From: a bacterium
GTDB taxonomy: Bacteria; Pseudomonadota; Alphaproteobacteria; Rhizobiales; JAKIUO01
DNA length: 64,000 bases
NCBI GenBank assembly: GCA_024228495.1
Contig: JAAETJ010001012.1
Coordinates: 1,434-65,433, forward strand
Direction: 5' to 3'
Below, in pieces: positions 27,755-37,993 of this stretch. Each line of letters starts with the position of its first letter. The first letter of the stretch is position 1. The position numbers were made by a program, and so were the translations under genes. A model generated the notes under the pieces. That model saw only the letters and a program-made list of their open reading frames with translations, was not told the DNA's origin and made no database searches.

Positions 27755-29593
27755 ATGGACCTGATCAGAAAGCGGCAAGCCAATAATATTCGGGCGCGGT
27801 ATAACTGTGCCGGACTTCTCACTGCTTATTGTCTGTTTGCCCTGTTCACCTCGCTTCCCTCACAATCTGCCAACCGCGCACAAAATGCCCTGTCCCAGCA
27901 GACCGCAAACTTGCCGGCGCTGGACCAATCACCAAAAATTCAGACAAAAAATACCGGCAAGTGGTGGCAACAGCATCAAGAATTAGCTTTTTTGCATGAA
28001 AAGTGGTGGCGGCGCCATTATCCGGTCAAAATGAACGAGACTGCAAAAGCGCCCGCTCAAAAGGACAAGGCCCAGTTCAAACTGGCCGCTGCCTCAAAGA
28101 TTGAGCCAACACCCAAACCAGCGAACAAACCTGCAAGCGCCGAAAAACAAACAGCACCACGCACCAAAGCACCGATAAACACAAAGGTCAAAGCGCCCAT
28201 CAAGGCCAAGGCCAAACCAGCCGCCCCCGTAAAACTTGCCGCAAACAAACCAAAGCGTGACGTCATCGCGTCCCCGGCTCTATTGCCAAGCACTGACACG
28301 GCCTTGCCCTCGCAAAAACCCCTCATATTGGCAAAAGTGCGACCGCCTGCCAAAATCGCGTTAGCCAACCTCTCTCCCCTACCCGCTTCCCTCCTTGGCA
28401 ATATCGCAGTTAATATCGCCAAACAACCGAACAGCGATTACGAATCTTTGCTGCCTGCCTTCATCAAAAAAGCCATCAACTCTCATGATAAGCGTGCCGC
28501 CATTAAACCCGAAGCAGCTCATTGCGTCGCTGACAATATTGCAGGCTGGTCCGGTATAAAGCTGTTGCCGCATCACGTGGAATTACTCAAAAAAACCAGC
28601 TCCACACCCTCGCAGGTTTCGCTCGCGCTCTCAGCTCGTTTGAACATGGGTGGATTTACGGCCGGCTCAGAGATTTTCATGCGGATCTTCAAGGACCGTT
28701 CAGAACTTGAAGTCTGGTTAAAAAAGGGCGAGCGCTATGCGCTTTACCACACCTATAAAATTTGCCGCTGGTCAGGATCGTTTGGACCCAAGCTCTACGA
28801 AGGAGACAAGCAGAGTCCCGAAGGTTTCTATATCGTCAACCGGCAATTGTTCAAGCGCCCCAGCTGGAAATGGAAAGGCAGTTTTTCTCTGGGCTATCCC
28901 AATGCCTATGACAAGCTGCACGGTCGTACCGGTTCGCTGATCCTCGTGCATGGCGGCTGCACCTCTTCTGGATGTTTCGCCATGACCGACCCAGTGATCA
29001 ATGAGGTTTACGAGCTGGCACAACTGGCCCGTGACAATGGCCAAAAGAAATTCAGCGTCCATGTTTATCCGTTCAAGCTCACCACTGCCAATCTTGCCAA
29101 ACACAAACACAGCCCATGGAAGCCATTCTGGAACAATCTCAAAGAAGGCTATGATCTATTTGAAAAAACGGGCTTGCCGCCAAGAGTGCGTGTTTGCGAC
29201 AAGCGCTATGTCTTCGCGCCAAATGGAGTTGATCGGGTCGGTGCTGGCTGGTCAGGCAAAGGATGTTATGGGTTGGCGGCCTATATTCAGGGCTGGAAAC
29301 CCGCCAGCCGTTACGCAAGCAAAAACATGGGCAAACGAGCCAGGCGTGCCGCCCGCAAAACCCGCAGAGCCGGAGTCCGGTCTCGCTGCAATCTCAATCG
29401 GGCCAGTTGCCGTAAATTTGTCGCTCTTAAACGCAATAAATCAAGAAAACGCCGCGCCAAATCGAGCAAGAGAAAGCGCCTCAGCAAAAAACTGCGCCTG
29501 GCTGCCAAGCGTCGCGCTACCATGCAACGCGCCAGAACCATCGGTCGCATGCAAAAAAAACGAGCGTTCAAATCGAATGGCGGCAATTCTTAA
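27755..29593 (+). CDS. YafK/DpaA-type L,D-transpeptidase with long N-terminal linker and Arg/Lys-rich tail
   Basis: IFMRIFKD.SELEVW, ICRWSGSFGPK..EGDKQSPEGFY, LGYPNAYD, VHGGCTSSGCFAMT; GAGGA SD. Confidence 0.85.
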   Translation: MDLIRKRQANNIRARYNCAGLLTAYCLFALFTSLPSQSANRAQNALSQQTANLPALDQSPKIQTKNTGKWWQQHQELAFLHEKWWRRHYPVKMNETAKAPAQKDKAQFKLAAASKIEPTPKPANKPASAEKQTAPRTKAPINTKVKAPIKAKAKPAAPVKLAANKPKRDVIASPALLPSTDTALPSQKPLILAKVRPPAKIALANLSPLPASLLGNIAVNIAKQPNSDYESLLPAFIKKAINSHDKRAAIKPEAAHCVADNIAGWSGIKLLPHHVELLKKTSSTPSQVSLALSARLNMGGFTAGSEIFMRIFKDRSELEVWLKKGERYALYHTYKICRWSGSFGPKLYEGDKQSPEGFYIVNRQLFKRPSWKWKGSFSLGYPNAYDKLHGRTGSLILVHGGCTSSGCFAMTDPVINEVYELAQLARDNGQKKFSVHVYPFKLTTANLAKHKHSPWKPFWNNLKEGYDLFEKTGLPPRVRVCDKRYVFAPNGVDRVGAGWSGKGCYGLAAYIQGWKPASRYASKNMGKRARRAARKTRRAGVRSRCNLNRASCRKFVALKRNKSRKRRAKSSKRKRLSKKLRLAAKRRATMQRARTIGRMQKKRAFKSNGGNS

Positions 29594-29602
29594 TTGGGAT
29601 GC

Positions 29603-30613
29603 TTATTTCGTTTTAATTGGGCGATCAGGTTGAAAGGCGTGGAACGCAAAAGCGAATGTCACTTCATAAGCGACATCTGTTAGTTTGCCATCTATCTTGC
29701 GTTGCGCGACGACATTGCCCACATCCCGACCTTTCTTAATGACAGAATTCTCCAGCGCCGAATTTTGCCCGGCCTGCCAGCCAAGGCTGACATCACCGAT
29801 TTTTAGTGATCCTTGCTTACGCAACAGCTCCAATGCCACAGCGTGTTTTTTACCATCGCTTTTTATAATCACCACGCGCGCCATAGGCGAAATGCCTTTT
29901 GGCATATCCCCTTTATACAAAAACGGCGTCGCGGCCCGGTCATAATTGGCGTAGGGGTTGCGGCCATAGTCACGCCTTGCTGCGGGGTCACCGCGCAGCA
30001 CTTTACTGTTTGGAAAACGCTTTTTGAAATTTTCAAATGATTCAAGACGCGAGGGCACAGTCACAAGTTTAGTGCCCAGCAGTTTGCCGACAATGGCTTC
30101 ACCTGAAAACTGTTGCCACCAGCTTTCACTCTGACGGTCATACATAACGAGGTCGGAATAGCGCAGTTTGCCAGTCGTACCAAAATCATATAGCTTGTCG
30201 CCAATTTTACGCTCAAAAACGATGGAGGTATTGCACAAGGGGCAATAGGTGACGGTCACTGGCACACCGCCGATCACATCATTGACGATCTCGTGCCATA
30301 TGAGGATACGCAGAGGGTAAGCACGCGCCTCACCATTGATCGACAGGCCGATCACCGGTTCTTGTGGACCCAGTTTGGTCTCTTTGTCGATCGCATGAAA
30401 CAAAGGCCTGTCAATGGAGGGGATGCCATCTTTTGGTGGTCCCCCGGACATGATATCAGCAAAATCAATGGAGCTTTTGGAAAAATCAGTTTGCTTCCAT
30501 TCCTTTTGCCACCATTCCACATTAGATTGTGCACCACTTTGCGCAGCACCAGCAAGTATCCCGATTGGCACCAGGGCAACCTGCAACAAAATTTTTGAAA
30601 ATACTGACATCAT
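29603..30613 (-). CDS. DUF3179 domain secreted protein
   Basis: SGGPPKDGIPSID, ARAYP..IL.WHEIVND, TYCPLCNT, SDLVMYDRQSESWWQQ, FAFAFHAF. Confidence 0.9.
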   Translation of the reverse strand: MMSVFSKILLQVALVPIGILAGAAQSGAQSNVEWWQKEWKQTDFSKSSIDFADIMSGGPPKDGIPSIDRPLFHAIDKETKLGPQEPVIGLSINGEARAYPLRILIWHEIVNDVIGGVPVTVTYCPLCNTSIVFERKIGDKLYDFGTTGKLRYSDLVMYDRQSESWWQQFSGEAIVGKLLGTKLVTVPSRLESFENFKKRFPNSKVLRGDPAARRDYGRNPYANYDRAATPFLYKGDMPKGISPMARVVIIKSDGKKHAVALELLRKQGSLKIGDVSLGWQAGQNSALENSVIKKGRDVGNVVAQRKIDGKLTDVAYEVTFAFAFHAFQPDRPIKTK

Positions 30614-30702
30614 TTAATGACTATAAAGATTTGCACTGATATTTACCAATCACAAGACATAATTTACTTGTGATGTTGACATTGGGAACTTTAATCCTGA
30701 CG

Positions 30703-32217
30703 ATGCAACCCATGTATGACATTGCGATCATCGGTGGGGGCATAAACGGTTGCGGAATTGCCCGCGATGCTACTGGTCGTGGTCTGAAAACCTTGCTTGT
30801 GGAAATGAACGACCTGGCCAGCGGCACCTCTTCTCGTTCCACCAAGCTCATTCATGGCGGCCTGCGCTATCTCGAACATTATGAATTCGCGCTGGTACGC
30901 AAATCACTGATTGAGCGAGAAGTGCTCTGTAAAATAGCCCCGCATATTATCGAACCCTTGCGCTTCATATTTCCGCACCACCAGCAAATGCGGCCCATCT
31001 GGCTAATGCGCCTTGGCCTGTTCTTGTATGATCATATTGGTGGCCGCAAAGTTCTCCCCTCCAGTAAAGCGCTTGACCTGACCCGCAACGAGGCGGGAGA
31101 AGCTCTGCAAAATTCGTTCACAACAGGTTTTGAATATTCGGACTGCCGGGTAGATGATGCAAGATTAGTCATTCTCAATGCGATGGATGCGTTTGAGAGA
31201 GGAGCCGACATTCTTGTTGGCACAAAGCTTATGAGCGCCCAGCGCGATGATCGCCATTGGAGCCTTCAACTGCGCGATAAGGAAAACGGAGAACAACATG
31301 TGCTTAAAGCCCGCACGCTGATCAATGCGGCGGGCCCCTGGGTCGATGAAGTCGTTGCCAATCGTCTTCAAATCCGATCCAACAGCGTGGTGCGACAGGT
31401 CAAGGGCAGCCATATTCTCGTGCCCCGACTATTTTCCCACAATCGGGCTTATATCTTCCAGAACCCCGATCAGCGTATAATTTTTGCCATTCCCTATGAG
31501 GGCGAGTTCACGCTGATCGGCACCACCGATGTTGATTTCACTGGTGACCCCGGTGATGTTGAGATTTCGAGCGATGAAACCAGCTACCTGTGCGAGGCTG
31601 CCAGTGAATATTTTAAAGAAATTGTTGCTCCGGCTAATGTCGTTTGGAGCTTTGCGGGCGTGCGGCCCCTGTTTGGCAATGAGAAAACGTCCGCCAGCAA
31701 ACTGACCCGGGATTATGTGCTAGATCGTCACGGCGAACAAGGAGAACCAGCGCTGCTTAGCATCTTTGGCGGCAAGATCACGACCTATCGCAAGCTCGCC
31801 GAAAAGGTACTGGCCAAGCTTGAAGATCAGCTTCCAGCAAATGTTGGCAAACCGTGGACCAGCAATTACCCCCTGCCCGGCGGCGATTTTGAGATCTGTG
31901 AGTTCGATAGGCTGGTTGAAAAACTAATGCTTTTGTGCCCGCACATCACGCTGCCACAAGCCAACCGCCTGATGCGCGCCTATGGCACCCGCGCCTTTAG
32001 GATTTTTGCGCCGCACAAAAAATATCTGGCCGTTGGCGAAGATTTTGGCGGCGGGCTGACACAGATCGAAGTGGAGCATCTCATTGAACATGAATGGGCA
32101 ACAAACGCCGAAGATATTTTGTGGCGGCGCAGCAAGCTTGGACTGACCCTGTCGCGCCAGCAGCAAAAACATCTGGATCAATGGCTGCAAGAATATCAAA
32201 AGGTGCGTGAGATATGA
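30703..32217 (+). CDS. glpD: Aerobic glycerol-3-phosphate dehydrogenase
   Basis: [62 protein letters not shown]. Confidence 0.95.
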   Translation: MQPMYDIAIIGGGINGCGIARDATGRGLKTLLVEMNDLASGTSSRSTKLIHGGLRYLEHYEFALVRKSLIEREVLCKIAPHIIEPLRFIFPHHQQMRPIWLMRLGLFLYDHIGGRKVLPSSKALDLTRNEAGEALQNSFTTGFEYSDCRVDDARLVILNAMDAFERGADILVGTKLMSAQRDDRHWSLQLRDKENGEQHVLKARTLINAAGPWVDEVVANRLQIRSNSVVRQVKGSHILVPRLFSHNRAYIFQNPDQRIIFAIPYEGEFTLIGTTDVDFTGDPGDVEISSDETSYLCEAASEYFKEIVAPANVVWSFAGVRPLFGNEKTSASKLTRDYVLDRHGEQGEPALLSIFGGKITTYRKLAEKVLAKLEDQLPANVGKPWTSNYPLPGGDFEICEFDRLVEKLMLLCPHITLPQANRLMRAYGTRAFRIFAPHKKYLAVGEDFGGGLTQIEVEHLIEHEWATNAEDILWRRSKLGLTLSRQQQKHLDQWLQEYQKVREI

Positions 32218-33701
32218 GAAATTATGTGTTGGCCATCGATCAGGGAACCACTTCCAGCCGGGCCATTTTATTCGATCAAAATTTGCAGATCGCTGCCACT
32301 GCGCAGCAAGAGTTCAAACAGATATTCCCACGTTCCGGCTGGGTTGAACATGATCCAGAAGAAATCTGGGATAGCGTATTATCAACTTGCCGCGAGGTCA
32401 TGAAAAGCCAAAATGTGCAAGCCAAACAGATCAACTCAATCGGTATCACCAACCAGCGTGAAACGGTTGTTTTATGGGACAAACAAAGCGGCAAATGCCT
32501 GCATAACGCGCTGGTCTGGCAGGACCGGCGCACTGGCGATCTGTGCGCCAAACTAAAAGCGCAGGGTCATGAAAAGCTGGTCTCCAGAAAAACCGGATTA
32601 TTGCTCGATCCCTATTTCTCGGCTACCAAGATCGCATGGTTGCTGGATCATGTTACGGGAGCTCGCCAGGCCGCTGAAGAGGGGCGTGTCGCCTTTGGCA
32701 CCATTGACAGCTTCTTGCTGTGGCGCTTGAGCGGCGGAAGGGAGCATGCAACAGACGCAACCAATGCCAGCCGCACCCTGCTCTATGATATCTGCAAAGG
32801 TGGCTGGAGCGATGAATTGTGCGAGCTGTTCAACACCCCCGCGTCCCTACTGCCGCAGGTCAAAGATTGCGCCGCTGACTTTGGTGTTTGCGAGCCTGAG
32901 CTGTTTGGCGCTGAAATCCCCATCAACGGCATCGCCGGGGATCAACAAGCAGCCACAATTGGACAGGCCTGCTTTGCCCCCGGCATGGTCAAATCAACCT
33001 ATGGCACCGGCTGTTTTGCCATGCTCAACACGGGCGGCACACCGGTGCATTCCAACAACCGATTGCTCACCACCATTGCCTATCAATTGGGCGGCACTCC
33101 CACCTATGCACTTGAAGGCTCGATCTTTATCGCCGGTGCCGCCGTGCAATGGCTGCGCGATGGCTTGGGCGTGATCGAAAAAGCCGATGAAACCGGTGAG
33201 TTGGCCGCGAAGGCTGATCCTCATCAGTCAGTTTATCTGGTACCAGCCTTTGTAGGCCTTGGCGCCCCGCATTGGGATGCAGATGCACGTGGCGCCATTT
33301 ACGGCTTGACGCGCAACACAGGACCTGCAGAGTTGGCTCGTGCAGCGCTTGAAAGCGTTTGCTATCAAACAAAGGATCTGCTGGACGCCATGCAAGCTGA
33401 CTGGCCGGATATGGATCAAACAATCCTGCGTGTCGATGGCGGCATGGCTGCTTCCTACTGGACCATGCAGACGCTTGCCGATATTCTCGATATGCCGGTT
33501 GATCGAGCGAGCATTACGGAAACAACGGCTCTGGGGGTCGCTTATCTGGCTGGTATGTACACAGGGTTTTATCCCCCGATTGATGAGTTCAAGCAAAGCT
33601 GGTCGTTCGATCGGCGTTTCGAACCCTCGATTGAAGCGGGCGAACGCATCCAAAAAATCAGCGGCTGGAATAATGCTATAAAAAGAACACTAACGAATTA
33701 A
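32214..33701 (+). CDS. glpK: Glycerol kinase
   Basis: [57 protein letters not shown]. Confidence 0.97.
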   Translation: MRNYVLAIDQGTTSSRAILFDQNLQIAATAQQEFKQIFPRSGWVEHDPEEIWDSVLSTCREVMKSQNVQAKQINSIGITNQRETVVLWDKQSGKCLHNALVWQDRRTGDLCAKLKAQGHEKLVSRKTGLLLDPYFSATKIAWLLDHVTGARQAAEEGRVAFGTIDSFLLWRLSGGREHATDATNASRTLLYDICKGGWSDELCELFNTPASLLPQVKDCAADFGVCEPELFGAEIPINGIAGDQQAATIGQACFAPGMVKSTYGTGCFAMLNTGGTPVHSNNRLLTTIAYQLGGTPTYALEGSIFIAGAAVQWLRDGLGVIEKADETGELAAKADPHQSVYLVPAFVGLGAPHWDADARGAIYGLTRNTGPAELARAALESVCYQTKDLLDAMQADWPDMDQTILRVDGGMAASYWTMQTLADILDMPVDRASITETTALGVAYLAGMYTGFYPPIDEFKQSWSFDRRFEPSIEAGERIQKISGWNNAIKRTLTN

Positions 33702-33758
33702 AAGGAACGGCTGGTTTTTGGTGAACCTGACGATCCTCAACCCATTTTACATCCACCG

Positions 33759-33807
33759 CTCTCACCTTAGCCCTCTGCACTTGGGAGAGGGTCGGTGTAA
33801 GGGGGGG
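33759..33807. repeat. Degenerate REP-like palindrome (CCCTCTCCC...GGGAGAGGG type)
   Basis: CTCTCACCTTAGCCCTCT...GGGAGAGGGTCGGTGTAAGGG between convergent genes. Confidence 0.5.
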
Positions 33808-33848
33808 TGGAACCTGCAATTCCGGGAAAACTAGCAGCGCTCAAACTC

Positions 33849-36398
33849 TTACGCCTCTCGTAAATACATTGTGCTTTTTTGGCCCAAGATGCGCCAGATG
33901 CCAAGCAGGCCCAGCGGCAGGATCAGCACCAGAACGAGGCCGAGAATTTCCACTAACACCCACCAGGAAAAGATGAAGGGCAGCTCCATCGCATATGTGA
34001 CGATGAGATAAGCGGCCAGGCCTCCAAACAAGAAGGCAATCAAGGCGCTCAATAAAGCAATCACCAGATATTCCATGAAATGGACGCTCAAGATACGTTG
34101 TCTCGTCGCCCCCAATACCTTGAAAATTACCGTCTCGCGCAGTCTCGTATTATGGGTCGCAGCCATAGCTCCAGCCAGCGCCACAACGCCCACCAACAGC
34201 AAAACGAAATTGGCGGCTTTCACTGCCACCAAAAGGCCCTGCAACACCCGATCAATGCTGGCCAGCACCTCACGCACGGCAATAGGTGTTATATCCGGCA
34301 AAGCGGTGATGAGATTGTGGATCAAGCGCCCCTCTAGCTCCACATCATCCTTGTTTGGCAAAGAAAGGGTTGCTAATATTTTATAGGGAGCGCTTTGCAA
34401 CGTATTGGGGGAAAAAATCATCACAAAATTTAACGACAGGTTATTCCAGTCGACACGGCGCAGATTAGCGATTTTTGCTTTGATATCCCGGCCCAGCACA
34501 TTGACGATAACATCATCGCCAAGTTTTAGACCAAGACCTTTTGCAGTGCCTTCTTCGAACGACACGAGCGGTGGTCCTTCATAGGTTTTTGACCACCATT
34601 TACCCTTGGTAATGACAGAACCTTTGGGTATCTCATGCGCAAATGTCAGACCACGATCACCGCGCAAAACCCATCCTGTTCCAGGCGCTGGTTTGATCTT
34701 TTCCGCCGGAATGCCTGCAAGTGTGGCGAGGCGGCCGCGCAGCATCGGGGCGTCATTGACCCTTATCCCTGGGGCGCTCGCACTGGCAATCTTTTTGAAC
34801 CGGGCCAGGTCCGCTTTATCAATATCCAGCACAAAGAAATTTGGCGCATCCCGAGGCAAACCGTTTTGTAACTCCGTCACCATGGAGTTTTGCACAAGCG
34901 ATACGGTGGACAACAAGCTAAGACCAATGCCAAGCGATAACATGGTCGTTGTCAGCAATGGCGTGGGGCCCGCAAGGCTGGCGCGCACCATGGCAAGGTG
35001 CGGATTTTTGGGGCGCGGCATAGCGCCAAAGTTTCGTTTCAACAAAGCAGCGATGGCCTTAAATAGAAAATAGATAACGACAAATCCCCCGCACACAAAC
35101 AGCGAGACAAGTTTCATATCCGAAAAGACAATCACCAACGTACCAAGCCCTAGAAGCAATGATAAAATCAAAGCGATCACGACCCAGCCGGGACCCTTTT
35201 TAGAGGAAGTGATTTGCGAGCGATAAAGCTCGGCAGCACGGATTTTACGCGCCTCGCCAAGTGGCCACAACATAAAGATCAACGCTACCAAAAACCCGTA
35301 AAGGGTCGATAATATCAAGGCCTCCATCGGCAAGCCAAAATACAGTTTGACCGGCAGCATGGAAGCAATAAACATGTTGAGTATTGGTGGTAGCGCAATG
35401 CCCAGCAACAGACCAAGCCCGATGCCAAGCCCGGCCAGCATCAAAATCTGCAACAGATAAATCAAGAAAATAACTTCCCCCGACGCGCCAAGGGATTTGA
35501 ACGTGGCGATGACGTCTCGCTTGCGAGCGATGTGAGAGGTCACCGCATTGGCTACCCCCACCCCGCCGATAAACAAAGCGGCAAGAGAAATGAGCTCAAG
35601 AAATTTCGTGAACCTGTTGATAGCGCGCGAAATGCCAGGCGTTGGATTGGCGCGATCGAGAACAATGAACCCGGCTTGTGGGAATTTTTCGATCACTTGA
35701 TCCTTTATTTCATGCACCTGCTTGATCGAACTCGCCCTGTCATGCAGAGCAAGACGCACCGAATAACGAATGAGGCTTCCTGGTTGCACCAGCCCTGTGC
35801 GCAACAAGGTTTTTTGAGAGATCAACACGCGGGGGCCAAAGTTCAGACGCCCCGACAAGGCATCAGGCTCCAAAACTATCGTACCAGCAACTGTGATTTT
35901 AGCGTCTCCAAGCATAAAGGAACCACCACGTTTAATCGACAATCGCTCAAGCAAGAGCTTGTCTACAAACGCTGTATTCCCCTGCAGAAGGCTTTGGTCA
36001 AATTTGCCATTATTAACAGTAAAACTGCCGGTCATGGGATAGGCTTCGTCCACCGCTTTGATATCTACAAGCACCACGCGATCCGGCGTATTGGAGCACG
36101 CCTTCTTGCGGGCCATGGACCGCAAAGTGGCGATCAGGCTCGTATCTCCAAAACTGGCGATAAAATCACGTTGACGGGCCGTTGGTTCCTTATGCACCAA
36201 GGCAAAAGACAGATCGCCACCAAGCAAGACCCGCCCCTGCTCACCAAGCCCGCTCCGCATAGCGCTTGACAGCACGCCCACCGTGGTGATGGCTGTGACC
36301 CCCAGCATGATGCAAACTACCAGTACATAAAAACCAGAGAGCCCGCCGCGCAATTCACGAACCGCCAGTTTGCCCGCAAGAGATAGATTGCTGATCAT
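33849..36398 (-). CDS. FtsX-like ABC transporter permease (YbbP-type)
   Basis: RELRGG, LLGGD, KAVD..YP..G, GGVGVANAV, P..APNFF..DI, LRGDRGLT; two permease halves. Confidence 0.9.
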   Translation of the reverse strand: MISNLSLAGKLAVRELRGGLSGFYVLVVCIMLGVTAITTVGVLSSAMRSGLGEQGRVLLGGDLSFALVHKEPTARQRDFIASFGDTSLIATLRSMARKKACSNTPDRVVLVDIKAVDEAYPMTGSFTVNNGKFDQSLLQGNTAFVDKLLLERLSIKRGGSFMLGDAKITVAGTIVLEPDALSGRLNFGPRVLISQKTLLRTGLVQPGSLIRYSVRLALHDRASSIKQVHEIKDQVIEKFPQAGFIVLDRANPTPGISRAINRFTKFLELISLAALFIGGVGVANAVTSHIARKRDVIATFKSLGASGEVIFLIYLLQILMLAGLGIGLGLLLGIALPPILNMFIASMLPVKLYFGLPMEALILSTLYGFLVALIFMLWPLGEARKIRAAELYRSQITSSKKGPGWVVIALILSLLLGLGTLVIVFSDMKLVSLFVCGGFVVIYFLFKAIAALLKRNFGAMPRPKNPHLAMVRASLAGPTPLLTTTMLSLGIGLSLLSTVSLVQNSMVTELQNGLPRDAPNFFVLDIDKADLARFKKIASASAPGIRVNDAPMLRGRLATLAGIPAEKIKPAPGTGWVLRGDRGLTFAHEIPKGSVITKGKWWSKTYEGPPLVSFEEGTAKGLGLKLGDDVIVNVLGRDIKAKIANLRRVDWNNLSLNFVMIFSPNTLQSAPYKILATLSLPNKDDVELEGRLIHNLITALPDITPIAVREVLASIDRVLQGLLVAVKAANFVLLLVGVVALAGAMAATHNTRLRETVIFKVLGATRQRILSVHFMEYLVIALLSALIAFLFGGLAAYLIVTYAMELPFIFSWWVLVEILGLVLVLILPLGLLGIWRILGQKSTMYLREA

Positions 36399-37108
36399 CC
36401 GACCTCCGCGATGGTTGGGTTATACGTAGATTTTACGCACCCGTCTTCAATTTTGATTTGCCGTTGGCAGCGGCCCGCCAGAGTTTCATCATGGGTCACA
36501 AGCACCAGCGTCGTGTTATGCGTCTTATGCAGATCAAAAATGAGATCAATAACCTCGCCGCCGGTCTGGCCATCAAGATTGCCAGTTGGCTCATCGGCCA
36601 GCAGCAGGCTTGGCTTTGACGCCAGTGCCCGTGCCAGCGCTACCCGTTGTCGTTCTCCTCCCGATAACTGCGCTGGAAAATGATCATTACGGTGCTCAAG
36701 GCCGACATCCTCAAGCAAGGCACGCGCCCGCTCAAATGGTTCCGTAGCCCCCGCAAACTCTAGCGGCAAAGCAGTGTTTTCCAGCGCCGTCATGGTGGGC
36801 ACCAGATTGAAGGACTGAAACACAATGCCGATATGTTCGCCGCGGATCAGTGCCAGCTGGTCCTCGTCAAGCGCCGACATCTCATGATCGGCAAACATCA
36901 CACGACCGCTCGTAACCTGTTCAAGCCCCGCCATCACCATCAATAAGGACGTTTTACCCGATCCCGATGGCCCGACAATGCCCACCGTTTCTCCAGTATG
37001 GATGGCAAGATTGATATCTCGCAAAATATCAACCGCCCCCGCCCGACTTGAAAGGGTCAAATTGGTATCCGATATGTCGATCAGCACTGATTCTCTTGTG
37101 GAAGTCAT
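36395..37108 (-). CDS. ABC transporter ATP-binding protein (YbbA-type)
   Basis: GPSGSGKT, LSGGERQRVALAR, ADEPTGNLD, VTHD. Confidence 0.93.
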   Translation of the reverse strand: MTSTRESVLIDISDTNLTLSSRAGAVDILRDINLAIHTGETVGIVGPSGSGKTSLLMVMAGLEQVTSGRVMFADHEMSALDEDQLALIRGEHIGIVFQSFNLVPTMTALENTALPLEFAGATEPFERARALLEDVGLEHRNDHFPAQLSGGERQRVALARALASKPSLLLADEPTGNLDGQTGGEVIDLIFDLHKTHNTTLVLVTHDETLAGRCQRQIKIEDGCVKSTYNPTIAEVG

Positions 37109-37189
37109 AAAACCTGTCTCTTGTTTTTGACGCTGTGATAAGGTTCACTGGTTTGTCACTTAGCCCATCGCCCCTATATAGGTCATAGC

Positions 37190-37858
37190 ATGTCTATTTT
37201 AAGCCTCTATATTCGAAGCACACAAATATTCGCCCTCGCCTTGTTCGGTTCGCTGTTACAATCGATTGGCTCACCAAGCTTTGCTGGCGCGGTCAAGCTC
37301 GTGGTGCTCGGCGATAGTCTGTCGGCTGGCTATCATTTACCGCAAGGGTCAGGCTTTCCAAAACAATTACAATGGCGGCTCAACAAAGATGGCTATCAGG
37401 TCAAGATCACCAATGCCGGGATCTCTGGAGACACAACGGCTGGAGGATTGGCACGTCTTTCATGGTCTGTTCCCAAAGGTACCCATGCGGTGATCGTGGA
37501 ATTGGGGGCAAATGATGCCCTGCGCGGGGTCAATCCGAAACAAACCTATAAAAATCTCGATAAATTGATCGGCAAACTGCGCAAACGCGGCATTAAAGTG
37601 CTGTTGGCAGGGATGGAAGCGCCGCGCAATCTTGGCGCTCCTTATGTCAAGACGTTTGGCGCTATCTACCCAGCTCTTGCCAAAAAATACCACATCAGCC
37701 TTTACCCGTTTTTTCTAAAAGGCGTCGCCCTCCAAAAACGTCTCTTGCTTTCAGATGGTTTGCATCCCAATGAAAAGGGAGTTGCTATGATAGTTAAAAA
37801 CATCAAACCGTATGTGGAACGCCTCATCAGACAGGCCGAGCGATCCGCCACCCGTTAA
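37190..37858 (+). CDS. tesA: Arylesterase/acyl-CoA thioesterase I (SGNH)
   Basis: GDSLSAGY, NAGISGDTT, ELGANDALRG, DGLHPN; divergent from ybbA-type gene as commonly seen. Confidence 0.9.
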   Translation: MSILSLYIRSTQIFALALFGSLLQSIGSPSFAGAVKLVVLGDSLSAGYHLPQGSGFPKQLQWRLNKDGYQVKITNAGISGDTTAGGLARLSWSVPKGTHAVIVELGANDALRGVNPKQTYKNLDKLIGKLRKRGIKVLLAGMEAPRNLGAPYVKTFGAIYPALAKKYHISLYPFFLKGVALQKRLLLSDGLHPNEKGVAMIVKNIKPYVERLIRQAERSATR

Positions 37859-37993
37859 ACGCTCCCGCGTGATCTACTGTCCCTTTCTTCCTACCCACTT
37901 TTTGGTATCAAACATACGCTTTTTTTTGCATGACGATGCACTCTGGATTTGTTAGTTTACCAGCAAATAACGTTACCTCACGGGAGCTGATAG

